DNA of 64,000 bases from Octopus sinensis (Eukaryota), in assembly GCF_006345805.1 (NCBI RefSeq), contig NC_043008.1, positions 75,392,001 to 75,456,000 of the forward strand, read 5' to 3'. How positions within the stretch are numbered: position 1 is the stretch's first letter; each line of letters starts with the position of its first letter. The notes beneath the pieces were generated by a model that saw nothing but the letters and a program-made list of their open reading frames with translations, did no database searches and was not told the DNA's origin. A program made the translations under genes and the position numbers. This document shows positions 25,216 through 38,789 of this stretch, piece after piece.

Positions 25216-25465
25216 TTTATAATTATGAGCATAATTACAATTAGGATTCAGCAAAATTTGCTTCACCACATACCGAAATTTAGAAATAGCAGTTAAAATA
25301 CTATTCTACTACCATAAGATATCTCCCAGACAGCAATACTCTACAATTCACGCAGGTAAAGAGGAAAGAATAACGAATCCACCCGGCTTTGATTAACTAT
25401 ATACGCGTTTCGGAGTTAAAGAGACGTAATAATATGTAAAATTATATTTCTACATATTTTTATTG

Positions 25466-25468
<3 letters not shown>
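25212..25468 (-). mobile_element. (TA)n-flanked fragment with the 3' half of a hammerhead motif
   Basis: Minus strand ctccGAAACGCGTA (25402-25411) with palindromic ACGCGT; no CTGANGA upstream before the (TA)n. Confidence 0.45.
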
Positions 25469-25505
<37 letters not shown>

Positions 25506-27190
25506 CACACACAAATATATGTATGTGTATATTCATATACATACAAATGCTTTTGTGTGCCTTTTATGTAACCGCTGGCGTAAATCTTATAAGCGACAAA
25601 ATTTTACGGCTGCGGGTGAAACAACATTCTTCAATTAGGAAACACTAAACATAATCATCTTATTCATCTACCGCACTGTGTCGAGTGATAAACAGATATT
25701 CCTGCAAGTTATTTACGAGATGCACCAAGAAAATATATTAGTTGTGTTGAAGTAGAAATATAAGAATGTCAGTAATAATATAGTATAATGTTTTGTCGGG
25801 AAAACTAGTGTTAGTCTTTTGGACTGGCTAAAAGATTTTGGCTGGTATCATCGTGGCAAAAAATTCTGATTTCAGCAGATTAGCAACAGCGCAACCTCAT
25901 GTCCTGGATCCATTTGGGAATATCCTGTGGATTATCTTTTACTGTCTCGTATTTTCCATCATCTTACACTTCATTACACTTAAACCATTACCACTACATA
26001 GGGCCTACACATACGCACGCATGAACAGATATATTTACATAGACATAAATCACATATATTGTGAAATGAAAGGTTCAATTTCTAGATCACGTGGCGCATA
26101 GTGTCCTTGAACATGGCGCTTCATTTTCCCACTCTTCCAATCTACTTAGCTGAAAATAAAAGCAACCTAGTGGTAGTACAGCTTTTTCTCAACCGTTCTG
26201 TCTTGTTTCATGTCTAGTGGGTTGGAAGTGAGAAAGCCAAGTGTGTATCTAAGACAATTAACAAATGCATGTCATTTGCTGCTAGATCTTACTTGCTCGC
26301 GAAGAATAACTATGTATTTCTTTATTATATGTAGGTTTTTGTGTCATTTCATACAGCCACTTCACTACGACAGCAAGATATCGCTGCTAGTTTGAAGATG
26401 AATATCAATTAAAGATTCAGGAATATTGTAGTTATGTGTAGCAAACAATCTGCTGTGTTTCTTGGCGTGATAGTCTTTACACCCCACTCTTCCATCTTTT
26501 GATGTTTTGGAATTTTGTCCTTGAATGAAAACATCATTATGGTATATTGCTATACATAAAACAGTAAATGCTTGAGACTTATATTACAATAATTGTGTCA
26601 TCTCTTAAAATGAAATAAAATTTCAGTTGACATTTTACCTCAACTAATCTAAAATATGGAGAGACGTATTCTTGGAGTTGGCAGGGCTGTCTGTTGAGAA
26701 GTTTGCGTCCCAACCACATGCTTCCACGGGCAACTAAATTCTCGTGAGTGGATTAAGTAAACGAGAACTGAACGAAGCCCATCGTGTGCGTATGTGTGCG
26801 CCTTTGTGATTTTACTTCTCTGCCACTAAAGTTTGACAAAAATGTATTGGGTTTTTCTTTCTATGTCCGCGTGATATTGCGCTTCAGCAATCGCGATTTC
26901 GATAGAATATCTAGAAAGCGTTACAAAAATCACATACTTAGGTCAGTTCGACCGAATACTATAGTATTTTCTGGTATAACATCTATAAGGTCTAGACACC
27001 TAAGTGAGTCGATTTAAATAGGAATAATGTGAAACTCGGAAATCAAACGAACCGCACTTCATTCACTTATTTAGAAAGACATGTTATCTATATATAAGTA
27101 ATATATTCGGGTAACACTTATGCGAATGCATTTTTGTGACACCACACTAATGTTCTTACAGTTTGATGGCAATATCGTATGAGTGTTCTA

Positions 27191-28965
27191 AGGCGGCGAG
27201 CAGGCAGAAACCTTAGCACGCTGGGCGAAATGCTTAGCAGTGTTTCGTCTCTCTTTACGTTCTGAGTTCAAATGCCGCCGAGGTCGACTTTGCCGTTCAT
27301 CTTTTCGGGGTCGATAAATTCAGTACCAGTTGCGTACTGGGGTCGATCTAGTCGAGTGGCCCCTTCCCCCCAAATTTCGGGCCTTGTGCCTAGAGTAGAA
27401 AAGAATATTTTATAAGTATCCTATAAGGCGGCGAGCTGGCAGAATCGTTAACATTGTTAATATGCTAGGCGAAACGCATATCGGCATTTCCTCCGTTTTT
27501 ACGTTCTAACTTCAAATTTCACCGAGCTCGAATTTGCCATTCATCCTTTCGAAGTCGATAAAATAAGTACCAGATCAGCAACAGGGTCAATAAAATAGAT
27601 TTAGCCCTTTCCCTGAAATAATGGCCTTGTGCCAAAATTTAGAACCAATATTTTATAGGTATTCTGAGCTAGCAGAACTGATACCACGCCGGACTTGCGT
27701 TATGAGTTCTAATTCCGCTGAGGACCACTTCCCTTCCATCCTTTCAGGTTTTACAAAATAATCAGTTGAATAATGGGCTCGTTGAAACAGACTTAGCCCT
27801 TCCACCAAACCTTGTACCAAAATTTGAAACCAATATTGTATGGGTATTTCTCCTTGAAAAATATGCAACATAGCGCAAATTGAAAACACTGTATTTTTGA
27901 TTAAAAAATCCTTCACAAATTTTTTTTATATGCGGCTGGTGTTCGATAAGTATTCTAATAGGACTGACACCATACTGTATTTCTCCAGATTTATTAAACT
28001 AGAGCATAACCACACAAATATGCAATCGTTTACTTTCCAGCATATTTCACTAAATAACGTTACAGTTTGTCTTCATAAGATAAGCGCTGCTATGTAAATC
28101 ATAATCTATTTAATGTATTTCAAAATTATTAAAAAAAACATTTATGAATAATTTCTTTCAATAAAAAGTTGTAGAACCATACCATATTCTGATTTTCGCT
28201 TCAGTTTCATAAATCTAGTCCACGCTACAATTCACTTCATTACAATATGTTGACTTATGACAAACGTTTTAGCAAATTTCAAATCGCATAAGCTTTACAT
28301 TTATCCTGGCATATACAGTTGCATGTTAAATAGTTATCAGGAAGTGAGCTGTAGTCGAAACAGAGAGTTGAAAGACAATCCACGGAAATACTAAACAAAT
28401 AGTTTTAAACAGTGTTCCCGGAGATTGTTCTTTAACAGCACTTCACATACATAATTCTCTCTTTACATCTTTACATCTTTCTCCCTCTCTCTCTCTCTCT
28501 CTTGATGTCTCCTACTTTCTGTTTACTAGGCAATTCAAGCTAATCGTATCTGTCAGTTGTAGCATGCCAGACAAAGTGCTTAGTGACATTTCTTTCATCC
28601 TTACTTCCTGTGTTCAAATTCCATCGACTTTGCCTTTCACCCTCCGAGATCGATAAACTAAACACCATCTGGGCACTGGGCTCGATGAAATCGACTTAAC
28701 CCTTTCCTCGAAATTGCTAGCCTTGTGCCAATATTTGAAATTAATACCTATCTCATGAGTTACGGCGGCGAGGTGGTAGAATACTTTGCACGCCGGACAA
28801 AAGGCTTAGCGGAGATTTCGTCCGTCTTTAGATTCTAAATTCAAATTCGACTTTGCTTTTTATTCTTTCTGGGTCGATAAAATGAGTACCATTTCAGTAG
28901 TGGAGTTGAATTATTTAACATAATCCCGCCTCCGAAATTTCTGGTATCGTGACAAATTTTGAAAC
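27191..28965 (+). mobile_element. Cluster of five SINE family 1 copies (about 27191, 27427, 27665, 28540, 28764)
   Basis: Same head, B-box and core as 17307; tails gccttgtgcctagagtagaa or gccttgtgccaaaattt. Confidence 0.85.
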
Positions 28966-30102
28966 CAAAATCAGTCTTAATAGTGAATAATTGTTCTATG
29001 ATGGTGATGACATTTTTCTCTCCTGTACACACACTACACGTACACAACGTACACACATACCTGCACAAAGATACTCACACATGTATATGGTGTTTCACTT
29101 TATGTGTGTATGCATGTGTGTGTGTGTGTGTGTGTGTGAGTGTGTGTGTAATTATATTTAACATGCTGGTGCACACTCGAAAATGGCCAGACGCAGAAAA
29201 ACGCTTTAGGAAAGAAATTCTTATTGTCACTATGTTTAAAAGCACACCAATGTTCTATGAATGCTATCATCAGACCGTTACACTTATGTATCATTGTTGC
29301 TATGCTTCATTAACAACGGACATCGAACTGTTGTACATGTACCATTAAGAATTTCAATCCGTATGTTTAAGCATCAAATAAGTAAAGTTGCTAAGTGTGA
29401 AAAACTTGCTCGATGAAAAATCTTCAGTGCAGAAAATATCTAGGTAGGAAAAAGCACTGCTGTGCTCTGAATGACGCAGTATAGAATATTTTCTAATTAC
29501 AGTGTAAATAAAAGAACTGCAACATTTTGTGTGCTTTGAATGACCGACTCAGTGACCGTACTTGATGCAGCGTAACAACACTGAAACAACTGTTGTACAG
29601 TATGAAGACGTTATTGAGACCTGAATAGTGTGTTTTCGCATGTATTGATTATAAAAATAATTTCTTTCCTAAGAATTTCCCATGGAAGCATTTTTCTATA
29701 TCAGAGTGTACATGAACGTCTTAAATATAATTATACAAGCCTATATTTCGATAATTTGTTACTTTGTGCGCCTCTAGTTTATCAATTCCAGCTTGACAAA
29801 TTTGGCGATCGCCATGCAGTGTACTATTTTCTGTTTAAATATAAGGACGGCAGTTGTTAGTGAGAGAAGAACGGTAGATTCGGCGTCCGTAGCCGGTGAA
29901 TCGTAACGACACGGAAACACTAGTCATAAGTTCAGTGACCTCATTAATCGTCCTATGAATCTTTGCCCCATTAGTCACATGTTTTAGTCCCTATAAAACT
30001 GAATGCTAGGTGATCTAGGTAACATCCGCTCATCTGCAAATATCAGCTCTATCAAATGGACTAAGTATTGTCTACTCATTCGATTCCACACACACACACA
30101 CA

Positions 30103-30143
<41 letters not shown>

Positions 30144-30395
30144 TCACTCACACATTCATGTATCTCTTTCTATATAAATTCTTGTATATGTATACATTTT
30201 TTAGGTTAAAAAATGTGCGTTGTGGTGAGGGATGAATCGATAACAATAAACACGTGTACGATGTCGCAAGGATATAGCAAATTCCATTTGTTGTTAATAT
30301 ATACACAAGCATACAGGCAAACACAGGTCAACGTTTACTACATATAATATATATATGTGTGTGCGTGTATCAGTAAGTATACTTATATATATATA

Positions 30396-30436
<41 letters not shown>

Positions 30437-30924
30437 TATAAGTATATATATAAGTATATATATATACATATATGGGTGAAGGTGACTGAACAATTAAAGA
30501 TAGATAAATCGATAGATATTAAAGAACGTGGAGAGAAATCAAATAAGAGAGCGTGGGATAACTTCATAGAAAGACAGTGAGGAGGAGAAAAGAGGTACTG
30601 AGGGTGAGAGAGAGAGAGAGGGGGGGAGGGAGTAACTAACGGAGGTGGAAGGCAAATGCGAACCAACTTCACAGAAATTTTATATACTTTAGCCAAATCT
30701 ATTTAATGGCATAGCAAATATGTAAAATCGAAAATAAATAGAAAGATTTCAAAGTGAACTTAGAAACGTTTGCTTATTCATAAAATTATTCTCAACTATA
30801 AATATTGTCTTGGTGTTTTCTAATTTAAAGCGACAATCGTTTTATTATAATCGATAATGTGAAAGTATTTAACTCCGTTCAAAACTCGATGTCATGGATT
30901 TAGCTTAAGTTGATAGCACACAAT

Positions 30925-32670
30925 ATTGATTTCGAATTTTGACACAAGCTAAGCAATTTCGCGGGAGGGGATAAGTCGCTTATGTTGACTCTCAATGTTC
31001 AACTGGTATTTATTTTACAGACTCCGAAGTGATTAAAGGCAATGTTGACAACTAGGGCATTTGAACTCAGAACGTAAAGGCGGAAGAAATACTGCTAAGC
31101 ATTGTTCTCAGTGTGGTAACGACACTGCCAGCTTGCCGCTCTATCTATTATTTAATTTTTAAACTTGTTCTAGTCATTTGACAGTAGCCATGCTGGGGCA
31201 CCAGCTTCAATAAATTTTAGTTAATGAATCGACCCCAGCACGTTTTTAAACACTGGTACTTATTTATCGATTACTTATGACGAATTGTTAAGTTACCGAG
31301 AAGTAAACACACCGGCACCCGTTGTCAAACGGTTAGGAGGAGGATAGACACAGACACAAAAACACACACACATATAAGCGCAGGTGTGGCTGTGTGGAAA
31401 GAAGCTTGCTTCCTAACCACATGGTTCCGGGTTTAGACCCACTGCGTAGCACCTTGGGCAAGTATCCTCTACTATATCCTCAGGCCGACCAGAGGCTTGT
31501 GACCGGATTTGGTAGATGGAAACTGAAAGAAAACGTTGTGTATATATATATATATGTCTGTGTATCTGTGTTTGTACTCCCACCATCACTTGACAACCGA
31601 TATTCATGTGTTTACGTCCCCTTAACTTAGTGGTTCGGCAAAAGACACCAACAGAATAAGTATTATGCTTATGGTCGATTTGTTCGAATAAAAAAGCGGT
31701 GTTCCAGCTTGGCCGCTTCAAATGACTGACACAAATAAAAGAATAAAAGAATATATATACATATACGACAGGCTTCTTTTAGTTTCTGTCTACCAAATTC
31801 ACTCACATTGCTAAGACTATATAACAGAAGACACTTGCGCAAGGTGCAACGCAGTAAGACTAAATCCAGTTCTATGTGGTTGAGAAGGAAGAATTTTACC
31901 ACACAGTAACGCCTACGTCTAAATAACACACAATAATACTTTGTTGTTGAGGGCAGCGAGCTGGCGGAAACGTTAGCACGCCGAGAAAAAGACTTGGCGG
32001 CATTTAGTCCATCTTTACGTTCTACGTTCAAATTCCGCCGATGTCAACTTTGCCTTTAATCCTTTCTGGGTCAAAAATATGAGAACCAGTTGAGCACTGG
32101 GATCGATGTATTTGACTTAAACCCTTCATCGGAATTGCTGGCTTTGTAGCAAATTTTGAACCAATATTCCTTTGGGGCTCATTAAATTTGTGATACATCA
32201 AAATTCGAATGTTTCTAAGGATTTATAAATAACTGTTAGCTTGATTTTGAAAACAATATATTTCTGATTTTGCGGAATTCATGTAAAGTCTTCGTGGTCC
32301 CTGCAGCAAACATTCATCCGTCTGTACGCTCTACGTTGAAATTCCGCCGATGTCTGCTTTGTCTATTGTTATTTCGGATTCGGTAAAATGAGAACGAGTT
32401 GAACGGTCGATGTAATTTGCTTACTCTAACCTCTGAAATTACTGGCCTTGTGCCAACATTAGAAATCATTATTATGGAGGCGGTGAGCTGGCAGAACCGT
32501 TAGCACGTCGGGCAAAATTCTCAGTGGTATTTAGTCTTTACGTTTTGAGTTCAAATTCCGGCAATGCTGACTTTGCTTTCATTCTGTAGGGGTCGACATA
32601 GTTACCAGTTCAACAATAGGGGCGATGTAATCGACTTACTCCTTACCCTTGAAAATACTAGCCTTGTTCC
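30925..32670. mobile_element. Dense SINE cluster: family 1 (30925-31140 -, 31951, 32300, 32479 +) and family 2 (31160-31370 -, 31377-31752 +, 31760-31915 -)
   Basis: Family 2 has head gcgcagg.gtggctgtgtgg, ggttccgggtt.ag.ccc B-box, internal microsatellite and tail aataaaagaata. Confidence 0.85.
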
Positions 32671-32677
32671 AAAACTT

Positions 32678-33098
32678 GGATCTTTTCGGTTTGACCGGCA
32701 GTTTTTTAAAATAATTTCCACGTAACTAAACACTTTTAAACTTCGTATACTGGTAGAATGTGTTTATAAAACATCTTTTTCTCTTGGCTTTATTGAGAAA
32801 ATTCTATAGTTTGTAAGACATTTGTTGTTGTTTTTCTTCAATCTCTGCAATTTCAACCAATCAATGACGTCTATTGGGTTGAAAACATTCTGTGCCGTAT
32901 GAATATGTCCCTCGTTTAACAAGCGGATTGGGTCTATCTACATTTCTGAAGAAAAAAAGAGACCCTTCCCCCCACCCCTAACCCTAACCCTAACCCTAAA
33001 ACAGATTGAAATGCAATAGATTGATACTAGGGTCATAATTATGGGTTACAATTTCATATGACACCGCTAGAAAACTGCCGGTCAAACCGAAAAGATCC
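32678..33098. mobile_element. MITE, Merlin-like
   Basis: Perfect 28-bp TIR ggatcttttcggtttgaccggcagtttt; 8-bp TSD caaaactt (32670-32677, 33099-33106); GG termini; internal (CCCTAA)4; inserted in a SINE tail. Confidence 0.85.
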
Positions 33099-33492
33099 CA
33101 AAACTTGAAACCATTAGTAGTAGTAGTTGAAAGAAACCTAGCTAAATTGATGTACTTAAATGATGCAGTAATCAGCTTACAAGGTAGTTATTTGACCATT
33201 GGATTTACCACAGGAGATTTGGTTGTTAGAGTATAAACTGTTCCCCTCGGTATATAACGTCTAATCTGTATCACCGTATTCACAACCAAATTCGTTCGAT
33301 TTGAAACTACTTCTCCTTCCCACAATGAATTCAATCTGACGCGTATTTTGTATCACCAGCTCTCAATTCAGAATACAAATACGTAGAAAATTCACAAAGC
33401 ATTAAATGACGCTTTTTCTAACAACTAATAACAACATTAATCGTATCCTCGAAGAACTACCTCTAATAAGGTAGTTTTATCTGACATATATA

Positions 33493-33720
33493 TTCTTTTA
33501 TTTTTATTATTTTTTACTTGTTTTAGTAATTTGAATGCGGGTATGCTGAAGCACAACCTTGAAAGAATTTACTGGAACAAATCGACACCAGCACTCATTC
33601 CTTGTAAATCTAGTACTTATTCTATCAGTCTGCTTTGCCGAACCGCTAAGTTACGGGGGTGTAAAAAACCAACACTGGTCGTCAAGCGGTGATGGGGGAC
33701 AAACTCAAAAACAAACGACA
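33493..33720 (-). mobile_element. SINE family 2, 3' half
   Basis: ttgccgaaccgctaagttacgggg motif shared with the other copies. Confidence 0.8.
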
Positions 33721-33725
33721 CATAA

Positions 33726-33759
<34 letters not shown>

Positions 33760-33760
<1 letters not shown>

Positions 33761-34240
33761 CAAACCTGGTCTGATCAATAAGTATCTAGACTATTGCCAT
33801 AGTAACAAAGCTAAAGCATGTAAAGTAAAGACACTTGGCACATATTGAGCTTGAACTCTCTTGTGCACGTGCACTGAGTTTAACGCTCTAGTTCACTTCC
33901 ACTGTTTACAATTGTGCTTAGAATTGTGCTTAGCATGTGATTTTCGCATTGACCATGACAGAAAGTTGAACCGAGAATTTGCATTAAATTTTACCAAAAG
34001 CTTGGCGATACCTGCTCAGAGGGCTACGCAATACTTTTAAAAAGTGTTCATCTTTCTCGACGCAATCAAGGTGATCTTGTGCAACTGAAACCCGAGTGTG
34101 TTTTCGGTTAGCTGAAAGCAGTTTTGGTGCAAACTCGGGAGACGTGTGTCTCATACCCAAATCTTCACTGATAACGGATTGAACCGTAACTAATCCGCAC
34201 ATCCTCTGATAACTTACGGACGGTAATTCAAGTGAATCAA
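33760..34240. mobile_element. Rearranged mariner remnant
   Basis: + strand ICIKFYQKLG N-terminal motif near 33975, followed by an inverted segment (ISEDLGMRHTSPEFAPKLLS, WVPxxL-like region) on the minus strand. Confidence 0.65.
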
Positions 34241-34399
34241 GAACTTAAATGATAAGGAACCGAGTCGAATCAAAATGTAACATGCATACACAACAGGTGA
34301 TGAAAACGGATTTTTCTAATGATGTTAAGTCTCCATTAATAAGTTAATTAGTCGTTGGAAACAGCTGCAGTGAATTGACACATTATCCATCTGTTATTA

Positions 34400-36145
34400 T
34401 TGATGGATATAGAGTAGGGTAGAAAGGATGGAACAAAGATGCAATGTGTTTATCAGAACATGGCTTGGTCTGCCGAAACCACTGAATACAACTGCACTAT
34501 ATGGAAAACCCGTGCTGCAACTACCAATAACATCAATCGCCGAAGAATATAAGGCAGGAAAGGCAATGACAGTAATGATGCTAAAGTATTCAAAAGATCA
34601 GAGCATCCGGGAAAACCCTCCAAAGGTACTAACAGGGAGGAAATGAAAGGCGGAAGAGGCAGTAAACAGGGCGATCGGAAAACTAAGGCACGCAGATATA
34701 GTCGGAGCGACGCAAGAAGCTAGAACCGGCCTAGGGTAGCAAAATTTCAGGCCATTTTGCAAGAGCAGTGTAAAAGAGATGAAAGAGGCAGTGGTATACG
34801 AAGTGAGAAAGGAGGAAGAAGAAAGGCGAAATGTACATTTGGTGCAATGCAGTCAACAGGGACAGTGCCTGAGATGGGAGGAATATGTGATCAACCGCAG
34901 AATATCATGGAAGGAACTTTGGGCTTGGGAACAAGCAAGAACATCCTTCCTGATCAAGTCTACCTTCGACGTTCTACCCTCACCGGCGAACTTAGTCTGG
35001 TGGAACATAGAAACAACCGATGAGTGTAGATGCGGACAGAAAGCGACGGTTAGACATATTCTGTCAAATTGCAGACTAGCACTAGAAAGATATACATGGC
35101 GGCATAATCAAGTCCTCAGCGTCATAAGCGCAGCACTCAAGAAGAAGATCGAGAGGTACAATAGGGGAGAGTACCCAAAAGTAGAAAAGCGCAGGAAAGT
35201 ATACTTCCACAAGGAGGGAAAAGGTTATAAAACCAGGGCTACAAGTAAAGTATACGAGATAGACGAAAGATGGAAGGGATACTAGGAGGTGGCCACGGAT
35301 TTGGAAAGACAAGTAATTTTTCACCTAATAAAAACAACAAAAAGACCGGATTTAGTCCTATGGAACAGAGACCGGAGAATAAGAATTTTACTAGAACTGA
35401 CAGTACCTTGGGAAGAGAACATCGCCAATGCAGAGGAACGAGAGGAGAAGAGGTACGAAAAGCTAATCGAAGAATGCAGAGAACAGGGATGGAATGTCCA
35501 ATATTATCACCTGTCAGTGGGGGCTAGAAGCTTCATTGAAAGGAAAATGACAACGCTTTTCAAAAGAAGATTTGTTTTTCTAGTTCCGAGCTGCGAAAAC
35601 TAATAAGGAGAGTACAGGAGGTGGTCGAAAAAACCAGCTTTTATATATGGCTGAAGCGGGAAGAGCACAAATAGCTTGAAAGTCATAACATGCCGGCGGG
35701 AATAACATCATTAGGTGAGACAAGCTGACACTGAATCAGCTTCGCTGACTGACAGGTGACGGTCGTTTAGAAAATGCGCCGGCTGAAACCACGCGCCTTC
35801 ACTAGTCAGTTAAGGTGAGACAGTGTCACGCGACAACTTGCTGGGGCTGCCTGCTGGAGCCCGGCGGCAGGTATTTAAAGGGAAAAATTTGACACGTCAG
35901 TCAGTCACCGGCTGACACTCGCTGACGATACATCGAAGAGGCCAGGTAATAGAAGAAAGAAGAAGAAAGAAGTCATGCACCCAACACCAGAGCTGCAGAC
36001 ACCTCCGAAAGTGGGGGCCCACCACGTCAAAACGGTAGAGGAGTAGGGGCCGAAACCGGACGTGGTTTCTCCTGATGATGTCTTGAGCTAACTGGATCCT
36101 ATAAAGGAGGTGTTGTGGTAGAAGACCACGAAACACGGTTATTAT
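34400..36145 (+). mobile_element. 5'-truncated Hero-type RLE non-LTR retrotransposon
   Basis: TGRK*KAEEAV, LRHADIVG, QQGQCLRWE, SFLIKSTFDVLPSPANL, CRCG...HILSNC, RYTWRHNQVL, RPDLVLW, ELTVPWEEN (PD-(D/E)xK-type RLE); a few in-frame stops; ~450-nt 3' UTR. Confidence 0.88.
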
Positions 36146-36148
36146 TCC

Positions 36149-36207
<59 letters not shown>

Positions 36208-36297
36208 CACATATATATAAAATAAAATATATTACTATATATACAAATATATATGAATATACATATATATCTAACTATTTATCTCTCTGTGTGTGTG

Positions 36298-36332
<35 letters not shown>

Positions 36333-36340
36333 GTATAGAA

Positions 36341-36569
36341 AGCGGCGAGCTGGCAGAAACGTTAGCACGCCGGGCGAAATGCGTAGTCGTATTTCGTCTG
36401 CCGTTACGTTCTGAGTTCAAATTCCGCCAAGGTCGACTTTGCCTTTCATCCTTTCGGGGTCGATAAATTAAGTACCAGTTACGCACTGGGGTCGATGTAA
36501 TCGACTTAACCCGTTTGTCTGTCCTTGTTTGTCCCCTCTATGTTTAGCCCCTTGTGGGTAATAAAGAAA
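36341..36569 (+). mobile_element. SINE family 1, full copy
   Basis: Close match to 17307-17537 including the tail. Confidence 0.9.
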
Positions 36570-36954
36570 CATATATATATGTATAGGTATATATCCATAT
36601 ATTACATATTTATGTATATATGCGTATGCATACATATATTACATATATATATGTATAAATACGTATACATACATATATTATATATGTCTATGTACAAACA
36701 CACAATTTGGTAAAGTAATGCATTTCCGCAAAGGTACAGAAATTTGCTGATAAATGTGAGCACAAAGGAAAAGAAGATAACCTTATATGCCGTAAACTGT
36801 AAGGCATTTCATTCCTCAGTTATATATCGAAAATACTACTCACAAATACAACTGATAAGTTTATCCAACATAGCTTTAGGACATCTCTTCTTGCCAAGTC
36901 CCAAACTGGCTTTCGCCGAGTTTGTAGAATTTCAAAGTATTATCTTTAACCATG

Positions 36955-37305
36955 AAGTTATGTGATAAGGAGTTATTTCCCAACTGCATGATTCCATGTC
37001 CAGTCCCACCTCGTGGAAACTTATGAGTGTATTGTACCATAGGCTCTGGCCGGTCAAAAGCTTCTTAGTAGATTTGCTAGACAGGAACTGATATGAAACG
37101 TGTCGTGTGTATATATATAGATATACATCTGTGTGTGTGTCTTGTGCCTGAGTTTGTCCCCGACCACCGTCCACAAGCGGTGTTTGTGTGTTTATGTCCT
37201 CGTAACTTAGCTGTTCGACAAAACAATCCAGTAGAATATGTACCAGACTTGAAATGCAAAGTCTTCAAAAAAGTTCTTCAAGGTGGTACCACAGCATGGC
37301 CATAG
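36955..37305 (+). mobile_element. SINE family 2, diverged
   Basis: Homologous to 31377-31752. Confidence 0.75.
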
Positions 37306-38789
37306 TTATTCAGCAAATGCTATATCCTAATATTTGCGTAAGAATTTCATAAAACGTCTTGTTTATGTTTATGATTTAGAGTCTTATAAAATAAGTACCA
37401 GTTGAACGCTGGGCTCAGTGTAATCGAGTGCTCCCGCCCTACGATTTCAGCTGCTGTACCTTTAGTAGAAAGAATATTTTATCGAACCACTAACATCATA
37501 TAAAATAATGTTTGTCTACAACTTCCGTAGAAATGTAAATTGTTGCCGTAAGTGACATTGAGCTATCCATAGCCATTGGTGACTAATGTGATACACCCAC
37601 TGCTTATAAAGATTAATTATTGATCCAAACTGTACTGCTTATATGGAGATGGATGAGACAACTATGATTTAAGCAATTTGGTGATGTAGCTACATTTGGG
37701 GTACGAACTACTGAGTTCGAAGTAACATGTGCAGTAGACCATCATCTCGACTATGATTATATGAATTTTGCTATTATTGAGAGGATCTGATTTGTCTCTG
37801 TGTGATGTCACTTCACTGTTAAGGGACAAAAGTAAGTAACAGACGCTAATTTACTCATCTAATTAACTCTCAACGACATAATAATAAATAATTTCACGAT
37901 AGTAACAGAGTGATCTTTAATTATTAATTTCTACCCAATGTCGTTCCCTAAATAGCGAGTTCCAGACTGTCTCGTATAATACATCTCTTTTAGAGCGTAT
38001 ATTTCACCAATTCACCACATTAGCAAGGGTTAAAAATGGTACACTAATTTTTTAAGTGAAGGATATATAGCGAAAACTATACTTATACAAAATTATGTAA
38101 AATACTTTGATATATTTAACTGATCAGTAGAGTTGGTGAGCGGTAACAATTTTCCACCTTATCAGTCAGAATATTAACTTCATTAAAACCCCCAGTTTTA
38201 ATGACTACAGCTTGTACTCAGTTTTATTTTACTCCCATTCTTTGAATGGTTTCTTAAATCAATGTTCAGCGAAAGATATCGATGGAAATGCAATTAGAAA
38301 CTCTTTCCTAAGAAACCATAACCGACAGTAAAGATTTGTAATTTGGTACTGCAACGCAAATGACAGAAACGCTTTCTTAAATTTGAGATTCAAATCTGCA
38401 TTGAATTTTTACAATTAGATCAATTCTTGCAACTGCACTTCTTTTCCTTTAATCCTTCAAATTGTGCCTAACATTAATAAATATCTATGAAAATATACTC
38501 ATTGAATTTCTTCATGTCAATTGGAAAAGATCGTATGTAACACTAATAAACGAAGACAGTAGACCTATGGGTTTATTCCGTTCTCCTGAATACAGATAAA
38601 CTTGCAAAATAGCAAAAATTCTCTGCACTTTTTTGCTTAAACACGGTGTCTTGAAAGTACAAAACTTTTTCTAAGCTTTTTAAAATCTGTTTCATTTTCC
38701 TATGTAACAGGACTCAGAGTTTCAGAATTTGTAAAAAAAGAATTAATATAAACCATACATTTTAAGTGGAATAATAGAATGATGTGAAT

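Noticed and set aside
36040-36140. Hammerhead in the Hero 3' UTR
   Set aside because: CTGATGA and GAAAC are present but no consistent stems I and II could be drawn.
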